Shown here one piece after another: positions 22,400 through 34,066 of a stretch of 64,000 nucleotides of DNA. The first letter of the stretch is position 1. Each line of letters opens with the position of its first letter. The stretch is from an uncultured Clostridium sp. (lineage in GTDB: Bacteria > Bacillota > Clostridia > TANB77 > CAG-508), in contig CAOKMF010000003.1 in assembly GCA_948469655.1 (NCBI GenBank), forward strand, positions 13,144 through 77,143, given 5' to 3'. The position numbers and the translations under genes were made by a program. A model generated the notes under the pieces. The model was not told where the DNA came from. It saw nothing but the letters and a program-made list of their open reading frames with translations, and ran no database searches.

Positions 22400-23519
22400 T
22401 TATTCTTGTATTCTTATTGGTAAAATCATATATACATAATTCGAATTATTGTCTACTGATTTTATTATTGATGGTGATAAACTACTTCCAAATTCTATAA
22501 ATATTTCTTCATCATCTATTGCTTTCAATGCATCTAAGAAATATTTTGGATTAAATCCTACCTCTAAATTCTTTCCTTCTGTTGTTAATAATATTTCTTC
22601 TTTTGCATCTCCTGCTTGATTTTTGCAAGATATTACTATTTTTCCTATTTCTATATCTACTTTTACTGGATATTTTCTTTCTTTTTCTATACTAGACATT
22701 GAAATTAAGCTTACCCTTTCAAAGCTCTCTTGCAATTCTCTTTTATTTGCTCTTACTTTTGTTTCCCATGTTTTTGGAATTACTTTTTCATAATCTAAGA
22801 ACTCTCCTTCTAGTAATCTTGTAACTATTTTACAGTTTTCCATTTCAAACAAAGCTTGATTCTTAGCTACACTTATCCTTATTTTATCAAATGAATCTGA
22901 TATTATCTTATTTACTTCACTTAATGTTTTCCCTGGTATTACTACTTTAAAATCGTTTATATTTTCTTCTAGTACTTTACTTTTCCATCCTAATCTGTAT
23001 CCGGTCTACTGCAACTACATTTATTTTTCCATTTTTTATTTCAAACAAACATCCTGTAAATATAGGTCTATGCACTTCTGTACTTACTGCAAATATTGTT
23101 TTTGCTATCATTTCTTTTAATGTTTTTTGTTCTAAAGAAATAGAATTTTCTTCTTCTATATTAGGAAGTTCTGGAAATTCCATTGGATTCATTGTTGCAA
23201 GTTTATATAAAGAACCTTCACATTCTATTACAAGTAAATCTTTGTCATCTAAGTATATTGTAATTTCTGTGTCTGGAAGTTTTTTTATGATTTCACTAAA
23301 CATTACTGCATTAGCAACTGTATTTCCTTGTTCTATTACTTCACAGTCTATTACATATTCTATACCTAATTCTAAATCATAGGTTGTTAATTTTACTTCG
23401 TTTTCATTTGTTTGAATTAGTATACCTTCTAATATTGGCATGGGTGTTTTAGAAGATACACCTTTTACTACGGAATTAATGGCTTTAATTAAATTTGTTT
23501 TTTCACATACAAATTTCAT
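22400..23519 (-). CDS. dnaN: DNA polymerase III beta sliding clamp; one CGG +1 event
   Basis: ORFs 22977-23519 and 22400-22852 join at plus-strand CCG 23001-23003 (NVVAVD-G-YRLGWKS...ALFEMENCKIVTRL). Length 1120-1=1119 nt. Confidence 0.95.
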
Positions 23520-23835
23520 GGGCTTTTCCTCCTTTATATTTATATAATATTTTTAGTAGTAGTATTAGTAGGTGTGTGAATTGTGTGGAAAACTTAAGTA
23601 GGACATACTGTCCGTAAAGCAATTTGTTGTCTATAACTTGTTGATAACTTAAATATATATGCACAGTCAAAAATTTTGAAAGTGAATAACTAATATATAA
23701 ACATATTATAAACACGTTATAAACAAAATTGTGTGTATAATGTATGAGGCTTTTCCGTAAGTAAGGTTTAAGATTTATTTTTTTATAAGTATTTTTACAA
23801 ACGGAAGTTTTAATAAATATTAATTTTATTTGATA
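23520..23835. promoter_or_regulatory. dnaA-dnaN intergenic region: candidate oriC half (degenerate DnaA boxes plus AT-rich tract)
   Basis: One-mismatch DnaA boxes TGTGGAAAA (23584-23592) and TGTGTATAA (about 23732-23740), plus TTATAAACA-type boxes. Gene orientation switches at about 25.2 kb. Confidence 0.55.
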
Positions 23836-25170
23836 TTATACCTCTGTTGGTTTCATTATAATATTTTTTAAATTATCCACATGCATAAATGTTTCTTTAT
23901 TATTTTTTATTTCTTGCTCAATTTTGCTACAAGCATGCATAACAGTTGAGTGATCTCTATTTCCAAAGTTATTTCCTATATTTTTGTATTGCATTTTTGC
24001 AAGTTCTCTACATAAAAACATTGCAATTTGTCTTGGAAATGCTATATCATTAGAACGTTTTGAACTATCCATATCTTTAACATCAATATTAAAATATTTT
24101 GAAACAGTTGTCTTTATATAATCAGAAGAAATTACCTTTTCTTTATGAGCAATTATATCTGCAATAGCATTTTCAGCAAGTTCAAATGTTATTGGACTAT
24201 GAGTTAAAGTTGCTTTTGCAACTATTTTATTTAAAGTACCTTCTAACTCTCTAATATTTGTGTCAATTTTAGTTGCTATATTTGAAAGTACGATATCATC
24301 TATTACAATGCTTTCAAGTTGTACTTTTTGTCTTAGAATAGCAAGTCTTGTTTCATAATTTGCATTAGAAATATCTACTAAAAGTCCATCTACAAATCTT
24401 GATTTTAACCTTTCTTCTAAAGGATTTATATCTTTTGGTGGTTTATCAGATGTTAAAATTATTTGTCCATTATTTTCACGAATTGCATTAAAAGTGTGGA
24501 AAAATTCTTCTTGTATTCCCTCTTTTCCTGCTATAAATTGAATATCATCTATTATTAGAACATCTACATTTCTATATTTTTGTCTGAAATTTTCATTAGA
24601 ATTATCTTTTATTCCATTTATAAAATCATTTGTAAATTTCTCTGAAGATACATATATAATCTTTTTACTTGGATATCTTCTTAGTATTTCATTACCGGCT
24701 GCATGTACTAAGTGTGTTTTCCCAAGACCTACTCCACCATAGATAAAAAGTGGATTATATGAAGTTCCAGGTGCTTCTGAAACGGCATAAGCAGCAGCTT
24801 GTGCAAATTTATTATTTTCTCCGATTACGAATGTACTAAACATGTATTTTGGATTTAGATTAGTCGACATATTTTGATTATGTACACTAGAAAACATGGA
24901 ATCTTGATTTACTTTCTTCATATCTTCAGCTGAAATATAAGAAATATTATACATTTTATTAGTTGCAGCTTTAAAACAATTCTGTAAATATAATTCATAA
25001 GGTTTAAGTTGGTCTGCGAAAAAAGAAGAAGGAACAATAAGGGTTACCAAATTTCCCTCTATTGAAAAAATTTCAAGTGATGACATCCATGTATCATAAG
25101 CAATAGAGTTAATTCCATCTCTTGCAAGAGTTTTAACTGTATTCATTAATTCTTGGTAATTTTCTTTCAT
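23836..25170 (-). CDS. dnaA: chromosomal replication initiator DnaA
   Basis: Intact 444-codon ORF with AAA+ Walker A GGVGLGKTHL and a C-terminal DnaA-box-binding domain. No in-frame CGG. Confidence 0.98.
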   Translation of the reverse strand: MKENYQELMNTVKTLARDGINSIAYDTWMSSLEIFSIEGNLVTLIVPSSFFADQLKPYELYLQNCFKAATNKMYNISYISAEDMKKVNQDSMFSSVHNQNMSTNLNPKYMFSTFVIGENNKFAQAAAYAVSEAPGTSYNPLFIYGGVGLGKTHLVHAAGNEILRRYPSKKIIYVSSEKFTNDFINGIKDNSNENFRQKYRNVDVLIIDDIQFIAGKEGIQEEFFHTFNAIRENNGQIILTSDKPPKDINPLEERLKSRFVDGLLVDISNANYETRLAILRQKVQLESIVIDDIVLSNIATKIDTNIRELEGTLNKIVAKATLTHSPITFELAENAIADIIAHKEKVISSDYIKTTVSKYFNIDVKDMDSSKRSNDIAFPRQIAMFLCRELAKMQYKNIGNNFGNRDHSTVMHACSKIEQEIKNNKETFMHVDNLKNIIMKPTEV

Positions 25171-25410
25171 ATTGTTTCCTCCGTTTTTTTATTATAGTAA
25201 ATTGTATATTTTAATATATAACACTAAATAATATATCAAAAAATAGAAAAAAATGTCAAGCAGAATGTGGAAAAAATGTAAAAAAATGTGGAAAGAAAAA
25301 ATAGTTTCCTTATTTCCGTAAGAAAAATTAACGAAAAGCTTGACAGTGAAGTTTAAATAATGTATAATTTTAATGTTATATTTATGAGAAATTAACGTAG
25401 GAGGTGCAAA
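25171..25410. promoter_or_regulatory. dnaA/rpmH divergent promoter region with DnaA-box-like repeats (second oriC candidate half)
   Basis: TGTGGAAAA at 25266-25274 and TGTGGAAAG at 25287-25295. rpmH promoter has TTGACA at 25340-25345, a 17-nt spacer and TATAAT at 25363-25368. Confidence 0.55.
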
Positions 25411-25545
25411 ATGAAAAGAACATATCAACCAAAAAAAATTCAAAGACAGAAGGAACATGGTTTCATGAAGAGAATGAAAACAAAATCTGGTAGAAATATA
25501 TTAAAAGCAAGAAGATTAAAAGGAAGAAAAAAACTAAGTGCATAA
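25411..25545 (+). CDS. rpmH: 50S ribosomal protein L34
   Basis: GGAGG RBS. Translation [44 protein letters not shown]. Too short to appear in the ORF track. Confidence 0.95.
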   Translation: MKRTYQPKKIQRQKEHGFMKRMKTKSGRNILKARRLKGRKKLSA

Positions 25546-25615
25546 AAGCAAAAGCGTAGGGCCTAAATAGCATGTTTTAGGTCCTTTTTGCATAAGGTTT
25601 TTGTATGTAAGAGAT

Positions 25616-25954
25616 ATGAAGAAAACAGAGATTTTAAAAAAAAATTATGAATTTAGGCTTGTTTTAAAAAAAGGTAAATACTATTCTGGTAAATACATAG
25701 AAAGTTTTGTGTTAAACAATAATCTTGATATAAATAAAATAGGAATTGCAATAAAGACAAAAGTAGGAAAGGCAGTAAAAAGAAATCGTATAAAAAGATT
25801 AATAAAAGAAAGCTATAGATTAAATGAAGATAAATTCGGAGTGGGTAAAAATTTAGTTTTTTTGGTTAAGAAAAATCAAGAAATAGATTCTTTAGAATTC
25901 AGAGATATTGAAAAAGATATTATATTCATTTTAGATAAAATAGGACAAGTATGA
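25616..25954 (+). CDS. rnpA: ribonuclease P protein component
   Basis: Lies downstream of rpmH. Basic protein MKKTEILKKNYEFRLVLKKGK..KAVKRNRIKRLIKE. Confidence 0.9.
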   Translation: MKKTEILKKNYEFRLVLKKGKYYSGKYIESFVLNNNLDINKIGIAIKTKVGKAVKRNRIKRLIKESYRLNEDKFGVGKNLVFLVKKNQEIDSLEFRDIEKDIIFILDKIGQV

Positions 25955-25984
25955 TAAAAAATAAAATTTGGAGGAAGAGAAAGC

Positions 25985-26194
25985 TTGAAAAAATTTTTGA
26001 TTTATTTGATAAACAAATACCAAAAATATATTTCTCCAAGCCTAAAAAGTAACTGTAAATTTTATCCAACTTGTTCCGAATATACAAAACAAGCAATTGA
26101 AAAATATGGTGCATTTAAGGGAGTTTTTTATGGTATAAGAAGAATTGTTAAATGTAATCCATTTTCAAAAGGTGGGTATGACCCACTAAAATAA
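25985..26194 (+). CDS. yidD: membrane protein insertion efficiency factor YidD
   Basis: Translation contains YQKYISP...[32 protein letters not shown]. Confidence 0.9.
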   Translation: MKKFLIYLINKYQKYISPSLKSNCKFYPTCSEYTKQAIEKYGAFKGVFYGIRRIVKCNPFSKGGYDPLK

Positions 26195-26214
26195 AGTAGT
26201 GGAGGATAGTGCAG

Positions 26215-27079
26215 ATGATAGCATTTTTTGCAAATGTATTTGGATACTTATTAAACTTTTTATATGGTTTTTTACAAAATTATGGATTAGCTATTATATT
26301 ATTTACAATACTTGTTAAAATTGTATTACTACCAATTTCAATTAACCAACAAAAAACAATGAAAAAAACAGCGAAAGTGCAAGAAGAAGTAAAGAAATTG
26401 CAAGTTAAGTACAAGAATAACCCCGAAGAACTTCAAAGAGAAACAATGGAAGTTTATAAAAGGGAAAAGATGAATCCATTTGGGGGATGCTTTAGTGCAA
26501 TTGTCCAAATAATATTGCTATTTTCAGTGTTCTATTTAGTAAGAAGTCCTTTAACATACATGAAAAAAGTGGACCCTGGAATTATAGAACAATATACTAA
26601 TGAGATAAATGAAGGAGGAGCAAAAGATGCTTATCCTGAAATATCTATTATTAGAGAAAAGTCAAGTAGCGATGAAAATGTATATATAAATATGGAGTTT
26701 TTAGGACTTGATTTAAGTAGCATTCCATCTAGAGATATATCAGATTGGAAGACTTATGTTATTCCTGTTTTGTATGTAATATCTACATTTATTTCAATGA
26801 GGATTACAACATCTATGCAAAAGAAGCAAAAAAGGGATTTAGTTAAAGCAGAAACTGAAGACCGGAAAGCCTAAAGAAGATGATGTTAATATGGATGATA
26901 TAATGATGCAAACAAATAGAAATATGTCATATATGATGCCAATACTTGCAGTATCAATATCACTAGTTGCACCACTTGGGCTTGCACTATATTGGCTTGT
27001 CAATAATATAATTATGACAACTGAAAGATTAATACTAAATGCAGTTTTTAAAGATAAGGAGGAGGGTAAAAATGCCTGA
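26215..27079 (+). CDS. yidC: membrane protein insertase YidC/OxaA; one CGG +1 event
   Basis: ORFs 26209-26874 and 26891-27079 join at CGG 26863-26865 (KAETED-G-KPKEDDVNMDDIMMQTNRNMSYMMPIL). The frame is consistent: 26863-26215=648. Confidence 0.92.
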
Positions 27080-27764
27080 GCCAAGAATATTTGAAGGTAA
27101 AACTACAAATGAAGCTATTGAAAAAGGGCTAAAAGAATTAAAGGTATCTAAAAATGATGTAGAGATAAACGTTTTAAAAGAAGATTCAAAAAGAAGTTTC
27201 TTTGATATATTAGCACCAAGGGTAGTTAAAGTCGAAATGAAATTAAAAGAAAATAAAAAAGAAGAAGATAAGACAAGAAGAGTAGAAGAAGTTAAAATAG
27301 ATACAAAAGTATTAGAAGAAGCAAAAGAAAGAATAGTAGCATTTTTGGATAAATTTTTAATGGATACTGTAAAAGAAAAAGTTGAATACAAATGTAGTAT
27401 ACATGAAAATGCAATAGAAGTTATAATAGATGATAAAAGAGCAGATTTTCTAATAGGGTATAGGGGAGAGACATTAAATGCTTTTCAAGCAATACTTATG
27501 GCAATTGTAGCTAAAGATAATAATGAAAGAATTAGAGTAGAATTAGATGTTTTAAATTATAGGGAGAAAAGAAAAAAGGTATTAGAAGATTTAGCAGAAA
27601 AAATTGCTAAAAGTGTTATTAGAACAAGGAAATCTATAACATTGGAACCTATGACTCCTTATGAAAGAAAGATTATTCATTCTAAACTTCAAAATAATAG
27701 TAAGGTAAAAACAGTAAGTATAGGTGAAGGAATGCATAGAAAAATAGTTGTTTCATTAAAATAG
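27072..27764 (+). CDS. jag: Jag/KhpB RNA-binding protein (Jag_N, KH, R3H domains)
   Basis: AGGAGG RBS. Conserved position after yidC. The C-terminus has the R3H motif (EPMTPYERKIIHSKL). Confidence 0.9.
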   Translation: MPEPRIFEGKTTNEAIEKGLKELKVSKNDVEINVLKEDSKRSFFDILAPRVVKVEMKLKENKKEEDKTRRVEEVKIDTKVLEEAKERIVAFLDKFLMDTVKEKVEYKCSIHENAIEVIIDDKRADFLIGYRGETLNAFQAILMAIVAKDNNERIRVELDVLNYREKRKKVLEDLAEKIAKSVIRTRKSITLEPMTPYERKIIHSKLQNNSKVKTVSIGEGMHRKIVVSLK

Positions 27765-27922
27765 AGTTTTAAATAATATAATTATGTAATATAAATCTAA
27801 GGTCAAAGTGAGGATTATATATTCAGAGGTTTTTGAATATGTCTTTATTTGACCTTTTTTTAGGTACTAGGAAATTTTATCTTTAATTTTGTAAAATACG
27901 AAGAAGAAAGGGAGTATAAAAT

Positions 27923-29289
27923 ATGAGTACAATTGTAGCAATATCTACGGCTACTCGGTAATGCGGGAATTGGAATAATAAGAATTAGTGGAGAAGATAG
28001 TTTTAAAATTATAGAAAAAATTTTTAAAACCAAGTCCGAAAAAGTAGACATAAAACCAAACACAATTAGATACGGTCACATCGTCTCAGGAGACAAAATA
28101 ATCGATGAAGTACTAGTTTCCTTTTTTAAGGCGCCAAAATCCTTTACAATGGAAAATATGTGCGAGATAAATTCTCATGGTGGGTATATTGTAATGAAAC
28201 AGATATTAGAATTATGTCTAAAAAATGGTGCTGAACTTGCAGAACCTCGGCGAATTTACTAAAAGAGCTTTTTTAAATGGTAGAATTGATTTGTCACAAG
28301 CAGAAGCCATAGTAGACATTATAAACGCAAAATCAGAAAGACTTGCAAGTGCATCTGCTAAACAATTAAATGGTGATTTGTCTAAAGCGTTAAATGAAAT
28401 TAGAAGTGATGTAATGGACATATTAGTCGATATAGAAGCTTCTATTGATTATCCTGAATATGATACTCCAGAGGTTACAAATAATAAGACTTTAAAGATT
28501 TTAGAGAAAATAGAGAAAAGAATAAACCTTTTAGAAAAAACTTTTGAGAATGGAAAAATTATAAAAGAAGGAATAAATGTTGCTATTATAGGAAAACCAA
28601 ATGCAGGAAAGTCTTCTTTATTAAATGCTATTTTGAAAGATGATAGGGCTATTGTTACAGATATTCCAGGGACTACAAGGGACACGATAGAAGAATTCAT
28701 TCAAATAGATGGAATTCCAATAAAGATAATTGATACTGCTGGAATAAGAGATACAGATGATGAAATTGAAAAAATAGGAATAAGTAAATCTATAGAGAAA
28801 ACAAAAGAAGCAGATTTAGTTATAGCAATAATAGATAGCAGTAAAAAACTTGATGAAGAGGATAGGAAGATACTAGAGATAATAAAAGATAAGAAAGCAA
28901 TTATTTTATTTAATAAAATAGACAAAGTATTTGCTATTGATAAGAAAGAATTATCTGAAAAAGTGAAAGGGAAAACTATAATTGAAATATCTGCATTAAA
29001 TAAAATCGGAATAGATAAGATATATGAAGAAATTTCTAAGATGTATGGACTTAATGAGATAAATATTGATGATAGCCTAACTGTAACAAATGAAAGGCAT
29101 AAAAAAGCAATAATAAATATGAAAGAGAATATATGTAAATCGAAAAAATCAATAGAGGAAAATATGCCAATAGATATAGTAACAATAAATATAACAAATA
29201 TCTTAGAGGAGATAGGAAAGATAACGGGAGAAAACGTTTCAGAAGATATTATAAATGAAATATTTAAGAAGTTTTGCTTAGGGAAATAA
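27923..29289 (+). CDS. mnmE: tRNA modification GTPase MnmE; two CGG +1 events
   Basis: CGG at 27956-27958 (MSTIVAISTAT-G-NAGIGIIRISG) and 28248-28250 ([22 protein letters not shown]). G1 motif GKPNAGKSSL. C-terminal CLGK. Length 1367-2=1365 nt. Confidence 0.95.
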
Positions 29290-29367
29290 GAAAATCGAAG
29301 TCCAAGGCACAAACAAGATTTTTTGTTTCACGAGAAACATTTGAGGTAATAATGGAGGTAATTAGAA

Positions 29368-31252
29368 ATGAGCTATAACGCAGGAGAATATGATGTGGCA
29401 GTGATAGGGGGAGGACATGCGGGGTGTGAAGCAGCACTTGCAACAGCAAGAATGGGATTTAAAACTTTACTCTTTTCAATAAGCTTAGAAGCAATAGCTA
29501 ATATGCCATGTAATCCAAATATAGGAGGAACATCTAAAGGTCATTTGGTAAGAGAGATAGATGCTCTTCGGAGGAGAAATGGGTAAAAATATAGACAAAA
29601 CCTTTATACAATCTAGGATGCTAAATATGTCTAAAGGACCAGCTGTGCATTCTTTAAGAGCGCAAGCTGATAGAAAGAAATACCATGTAGAAATGAAGCA
29701 TACTCTTGAAAAACAAGAGAATCTATTTATCAAACAAGCAGAAATTATTAATATAGAAGTAGAAAATGGTAAAGTAAAAAGTGTAGAAACTAATATAGGG
29801 GCTATATATAATGTTAAATCTGTAATACTTGCAACAGGTACATATTTAAAAGGTAAGATTTATATTGGGGAGGTTTCATATGAAAGTGGACCAGATGGCG
29901 TTTTCCCTGCAAATAGGCTTTCTGAGTCATTAAAAAACCTAGGAATAGATATAGTAAGATTTAAGACAGGTACCCCAGCAAGAGTAAATAAAAATTCGAT
30001 TGATTTTTCTAAAATGGAGATACAAAATGGAGATGACGAAATAGAAATGTTTTCTTTTGAAAACGAAGAAAAGAAGATAGAACAAGTGCCATGCTATTTA
30101 ACATATACTAATAAAAAAACTCATGAAATAATAATGAAAAACTTACATAGATCTCCTTTGTATGGAGGTAAAATTGAGGGAACAGGACCGAGATATTGTC
30201 CTTCTATAGAAGATAAAGTCGTTAGATTTAGTGATAAAGAGAGACACCAGATATTCATAGAACCTATGGGATTAAATACTGAGGAAATGTATGTACAGGG
30301 AATGAGTTCGTCGCTTCCTGAAGATGTACAAATTGAAATGTATAGAACTATTGCAGGACTTGAATGTGTAGAGTTTACAAGACCTGCATATGCAATTGAA
30401 TATGATTGTATAGAACCTTCTCAGCTTAAATTATCATTGGAATTAAAAAAGATATCAGGAATGTTTTTTGCAGGACAGATAAATGGAACTTCTGGATATG
30501 AAGAAGCTGCAGCTCAAGGAATAATTGCAGGAATAAATGCGGGGTTAAAGCTTAAGGGGGAGCCACCGCTTATATTAGATAGATCAGAAGCCTATATAGG
30601 AGTATTAATAGATGATATTGTTACTAAAGGGACAAATGAACCATACAGAATGATGACGTCTAGAGCAGAATATAGATTACTTTTGAGACAGGATAATGCA
30701 GATCTAAGATTAACTGAAAAAGGATATAATGTAGGACTTATTTCTAAGGAAAGGTTTAATAGATTTAAAGCAAAAAAAGGACAAATTGAGAAGGAGATAG
30801 AAAGACTTAAAGCCACAGTAGTAAAGCCTTCAGACCAGCTAAATAAATTTCTTGTTACACGTGAAACAAATCCTCTTGAAACAGGAGCTAAACTTTCAGA
30901 ACTTTTAAAAAGAACAGAGATAACTTATAAAGATTTAGAAGAATTTGATGTAAATAGAGAGAAACTTCCAAAAGATGTTATAAAAGAAGTAGAAACCCAG
31001 TTAAAGTATGAAGGATATATAAAAATGCAGGAAGCACAAGTTGAGAAGTTTAGGAAGCTTGAAAAAAAAGAATTAAGAGAAGATATTGAGTACAAAGATA
31101 TAAGAGGATTAAGCTTAGAAGCAAGACAAAAACTAGACAAGCATAAACCTTTATCGATTGGCCAAGCTTCTAGAATTTCGGGTGTTTCTCCAGCTGATAT
31201 ATCTGTACTTTTGATATATTTAGAACAAAATAGGCGCAAAAAAGAAGAATAA
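29368..31252 (+). CDS. mnmG: tRNA uridine 5-carboxymethylaminomethyl modification enzyme MnmG; one CGG +1 event
   Basis: FAD motif [15 protein letters not shown] at 29569-29571 ([15 protein letters not shown]). Length 1885-1=1884 nt. Confidence 0.96.
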
Positions 31253-31377
31253 TTATAAGAAATTTTATTTTTTTGATGTAAATTATTGACATATTTTTAA
31301 TAATTTTATATTATTATAGTAGTGTTTTTAATAGAAATCTAAATGAAGAATAAATCGCTGAAAAAGGAGGAAAAACA

Positions 31378-32175
31378 TTGGCAAAAGTAGTTTCAATAGC
31401 AAATCAAAAAGGTGGGGTAGGTAAAACCACAACAGCTGTAAATTTGAGTGCAGCACTTGCAAAAAAAGGGAGAAAAGTACTATTAATAGATGCAGACCCC
31501 CAAGGTAATGCAACAAGTGGACTTGGAATTGATAAAGAAATAGACAAATCTATCTATGATGTAATAATAAATGAAATAGGGATAAACGAGGCAGTAAAAG
31601 AGACTAATATAAAAAAACTTAAGATTTGCCCATCTAATATAAATTTGGCTGGAGCAGAGGTAGAACTTGTTTCTTTGATGTCTAGAGAGCACAGATTAAA
31701 GGAAAGAATTGATGAGGTTAAAAGACAATATGATTATATATTAATTGATTGCCCTCCCTCTCTTGGATTAATTACACTTAATGCATTTACTGCTTCAGAT
31801 AGTGTGTTAATACCAGTACAATGTGAATACTATGCGCTAGAAGGATTAGGACAGCTTATAAATACAATAAATCTTGTTAGAAGACATTTGAATAAATCAA
31901 TAGAAATAGAAGGTGCAGTTCTTACTATGTTTGATGCAAGGACAAACCTTTCAAATCAAGTTGTTACAGAGGTTAAGAGATATTTTGAAGATAAAGTATA
32001 TAAAACAGTAATACCAAGAAATATAAAGCTAAGCGAAGCGCCAAGTTATGGAATGCCAATATCAGTATATGATTCGAAATCAAAGGGCGCAAAGTGTTAT
32101 GAAAAGCTTGCAAAAGAATTTTTAGATAAAAATGATAAAAACGATCAAGATTTAAAAGCAAAACATATGAAATAG
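31378..32175 (+). CDS. soj: ParA/Soj chromosome partitioning ATPase
   Basis: AAGGAGG RBS with TTG start. Deviant Walker A NQKGGVGKTT. No in-frame CGG. Confidence 0.95.
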   Translation: MAKVVSIANQKGGVGKTTTAVNLSAALAKKGRKVLLIDADPQGNATSGLGIDKEIDKSIYDVIINEIGINEAVKETNIKKLKICPSNINLAGAEVELVSLMSREHRLKERIDEVKRQYDYILIDCPPSLGLITLNAFTASDSVLIPVQCEYYALEGLGQLINTINLVRRHLNKSIEIEGAVLTMFDARTNLSNQVVTEVKRYFEDKVYKTVIPRNIKLSEAPSYGMPISVYDSKSKGAKCYEKLAKEFLDKNDKNDQDLKAKHMK

Positions 32176-32192
32176 AAAGGAATGAATAACAA

Positions 32193-33041
32193 ATGGCTAA
32201 AAAAACAGGTCTAGGTAAAGGGTTAGATGCATTATTTAAAGATACTATAAAAGAAGATGAAAAACATGTAGAAGGAGAAAGTATACTTAAAGTTAAAATA
32301 ACGGAAGTTGAACCAAATAGGGAACAGCCAAGAAAACACTTTGATGAAGAGGCTATAGAGGAGCTTGCTGAATCAATTAAGACATATGGATTGATTCAAC
32401 CAATAATAGTAACTAAAAAAGATAATTATTATGAAATAATTGCAGGAGAGAGAAGATGGAGGGCTTGCAAAAAAGCGGGGTTAAAAGAGGTTTCTGTAAT
32501 TGTTAGAGAAGATGATGAGAAAAGAAATAAGGCTATTTCTTTGATAGAAAATATACAAAGAGAAGATTTAAATGCAGTAGAGAAAGCTGTAGGAATTAAA
32601 GCTTTAATGGAGGAGTATGATTTGACTCAGCAACAAGTTTCTGAAGTGTTAGGAAAGAGCAGAAGTGCTATTGCAAATACAGTAAGAATATTAAATTTAG
32701 ATGAAAGAGTATTAGAACTTGCAAAAGAGGGTAAATTAACAGAGGGACATTGTAGAGCATTACTTGCTATAGAAGACGGGGAAAAGCAATATGAAACTGC
32801 AATAAAGCTTATAGAACAAGGTGCAAATGTAAGAGAAGCTGAAGAAAAGGCAAGTAGCAAGAAGAAGACAAAAAAGAAAAATGTAAAATATGAAGCGATA
32901 TATAGAGATATTGAAGATTCTTTTCAAAACTTTTTTGGAACTAAGGTAAAGTTGCAAGCAGGACAAAAAAAAGGAAAAATAGTAATTGAATACAAGTCAA
33001 ATGACGATTTGGAAAGATTATTAGATATTATAAAAGACTAG
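32193..33041 (+). CDS. spo0J: ParB/Spo0J chromosome partitioning protein
   Basis: ParB box GLIQPIIV and IIAGERRWRA, plus an HTH. No in-frame CGG. Confidence 0.95.
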   Translation: MAKKTGLGKGLDALFKDTIKEDEKHVEGESILKVKITEVEPNREQPRKHFDEEAIEELAESIKTYGLIQPIIVTKKDNYYEIIAGERRWRACKKAGLKEVSVIVREDDEKRNKAISLIENIQREDLNAVEKAVGIKALMEEYDLTQQQVSEVLGKSRSAIANTVRILNLDERVLELAKEGKLTEGHCRALLAIEDGEKQYETAIKLIEQGANVREAEEKASSKKKTKKKNVKYEAIYRDIEDSFQNFFGTKVKLQAGQKKGKIVIEYKSNDDLERLLDIIKD

Positions 33042-33062
33042 AAATATAAAGGATGTGGGACT

Positions 33063-33576
33063 TTGAATAACATATTTGAAATTATAAACAATCAAAATTT
33101 TATATTAGGACTTGTAGGTTTTTGTTTATTATTATTTATATTGTATTTAGTTAATTTGATTAAAGTAGTAAAGCTAAAGAAAGAGTATAAAAACTTTATG
33201 AATAAGCTAGGAAATGGAGCTAATATCCAGGAAATTTTGGAAAGTCATATAGAGAAAATAAATAAGACAATAACTAAAAATGAAGAGTTAGAAAGATTTT
33301 GCAAAAATTTAGACTCAGACATTAAAAACTGTATACAAAAAATGCGGTATTTATAGATATAATGCATATAAAGATACTGGGTCAGATTTAAGCTTTACAT
33401 TAGCATTACTTAATGAAAAAAATGATGGAGTAGTGCTTAATGGAATTTATTCAAGAGAGACATCAAACATATATGCAAAGCCAGTTATAAATGGAAATTC
33501 AGCATATAAAATGACAGATGAAGAAAAAGAAGCCATAAAAAGAGCAATGAATTCTTCTGATATAATTAAAGAGTAA
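33063..33576 (+). CDS. DUF4446 family protein; one CGG +1 event
   Basis: N-terminal TM segment. CGG at 33345-33347 joins ..CIQKM to G-IYRYNAYKDTGSDLSFTLALLNEKNDGVVLNGIYSRE. Length 514-1=513 nt. Confidence 0.8.
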
Positions 33577-33651
33577 TACTAGCTAAAAACCATGCTAAAA
33601 CAAAAAAATAGTATTGACAGATATGCTTAAATATGTTAATATAGTAATGTT

Positions 33652-33742
33652 GCAGAGGTGGTCGAGTTGGTTTATGGCACCAGTCTTGAAAATTGGCGTA
33701 GGTTAATCCCTACCGTGGGTTCGAATCCCACCCTCTGCGCCA
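33652..33742 (+). tRNA. tRNA-Ser(UGA)
   Basis: TTGACA, 17-nt spacer and TAATAT promoter at 33614-33642. Long variable arm. Anticodon loop CTTGAAA. CCA end. Confidence 0.9.
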
Positions 33743-33751
33743 AAAAAACAA

Positions 33752-33768
33752 CCCCGCATTTTGCGGGG
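33752..33768. terminator. bidirectional intrinsic terminator
   Basis: CCCCGC-ATTTT-GCGGGG hairpin flanked by A and T runs. Confidence 0.75.
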
Positions 33769-33775
33769 AATTTTT

Positions 33776-34066
33776 TTAATATAAACTGCTAAGGTTGCTA
33801 AGCATATTTGCTGCAGTGTAAATGCTGTATATTCCATAAATTATGCTAATGATACCGATTACTAATCCAGCTATTGCAAATCCTTTTCCTTTACCTGTAG
33901 CTTTTACTTTTGAAAGTCCTACACCAGAAAGTACTGTTGCAACCAATCCTACTATACCACCAAAGTTAATAAGTAGTGAGCAAAGACCAACTATAAATCC
34001 TGCTAATGCAAGAGGATTTGATTGTCCTTGGTTATTAGTTTGTTCATTGTTTTCTTCCATATTCAT
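33776..34066 (-). CDS. DUF4190-like small membrane protein
   Basis: Intact 96-codon ORF with two Gly-rich TM helices. Paralogous in style to 59112-59744. Confidence 0.65.
   Translation of the reverse strand: MNMEENNEQTNNQGQSNPLALAGFIVGLCSLLINFGGIVGLVATVLSGVGLSKVKATGKGKGFAIAGLVIGIISIIYGIYSIYTAANMLSNLSSLY

Noticed and set aside
10451-31692. Long ORFs antisense to or overlapping real genes, for example 10451-11008, 11496-11804, 13209-13973, 19825-20265, 20357-20878, 27035-27391, 28701-29312, 30925-31239 and 31328-31692.
   Set aside because: They lie opposite or out of frame to strongly supported genes (gyrA, gyrB, jag, mnmE, mnmG, soj). They are low-complexity Ser/Leu/Phe/Ile-rich and lack RBSs, so they are shadow ORFs.
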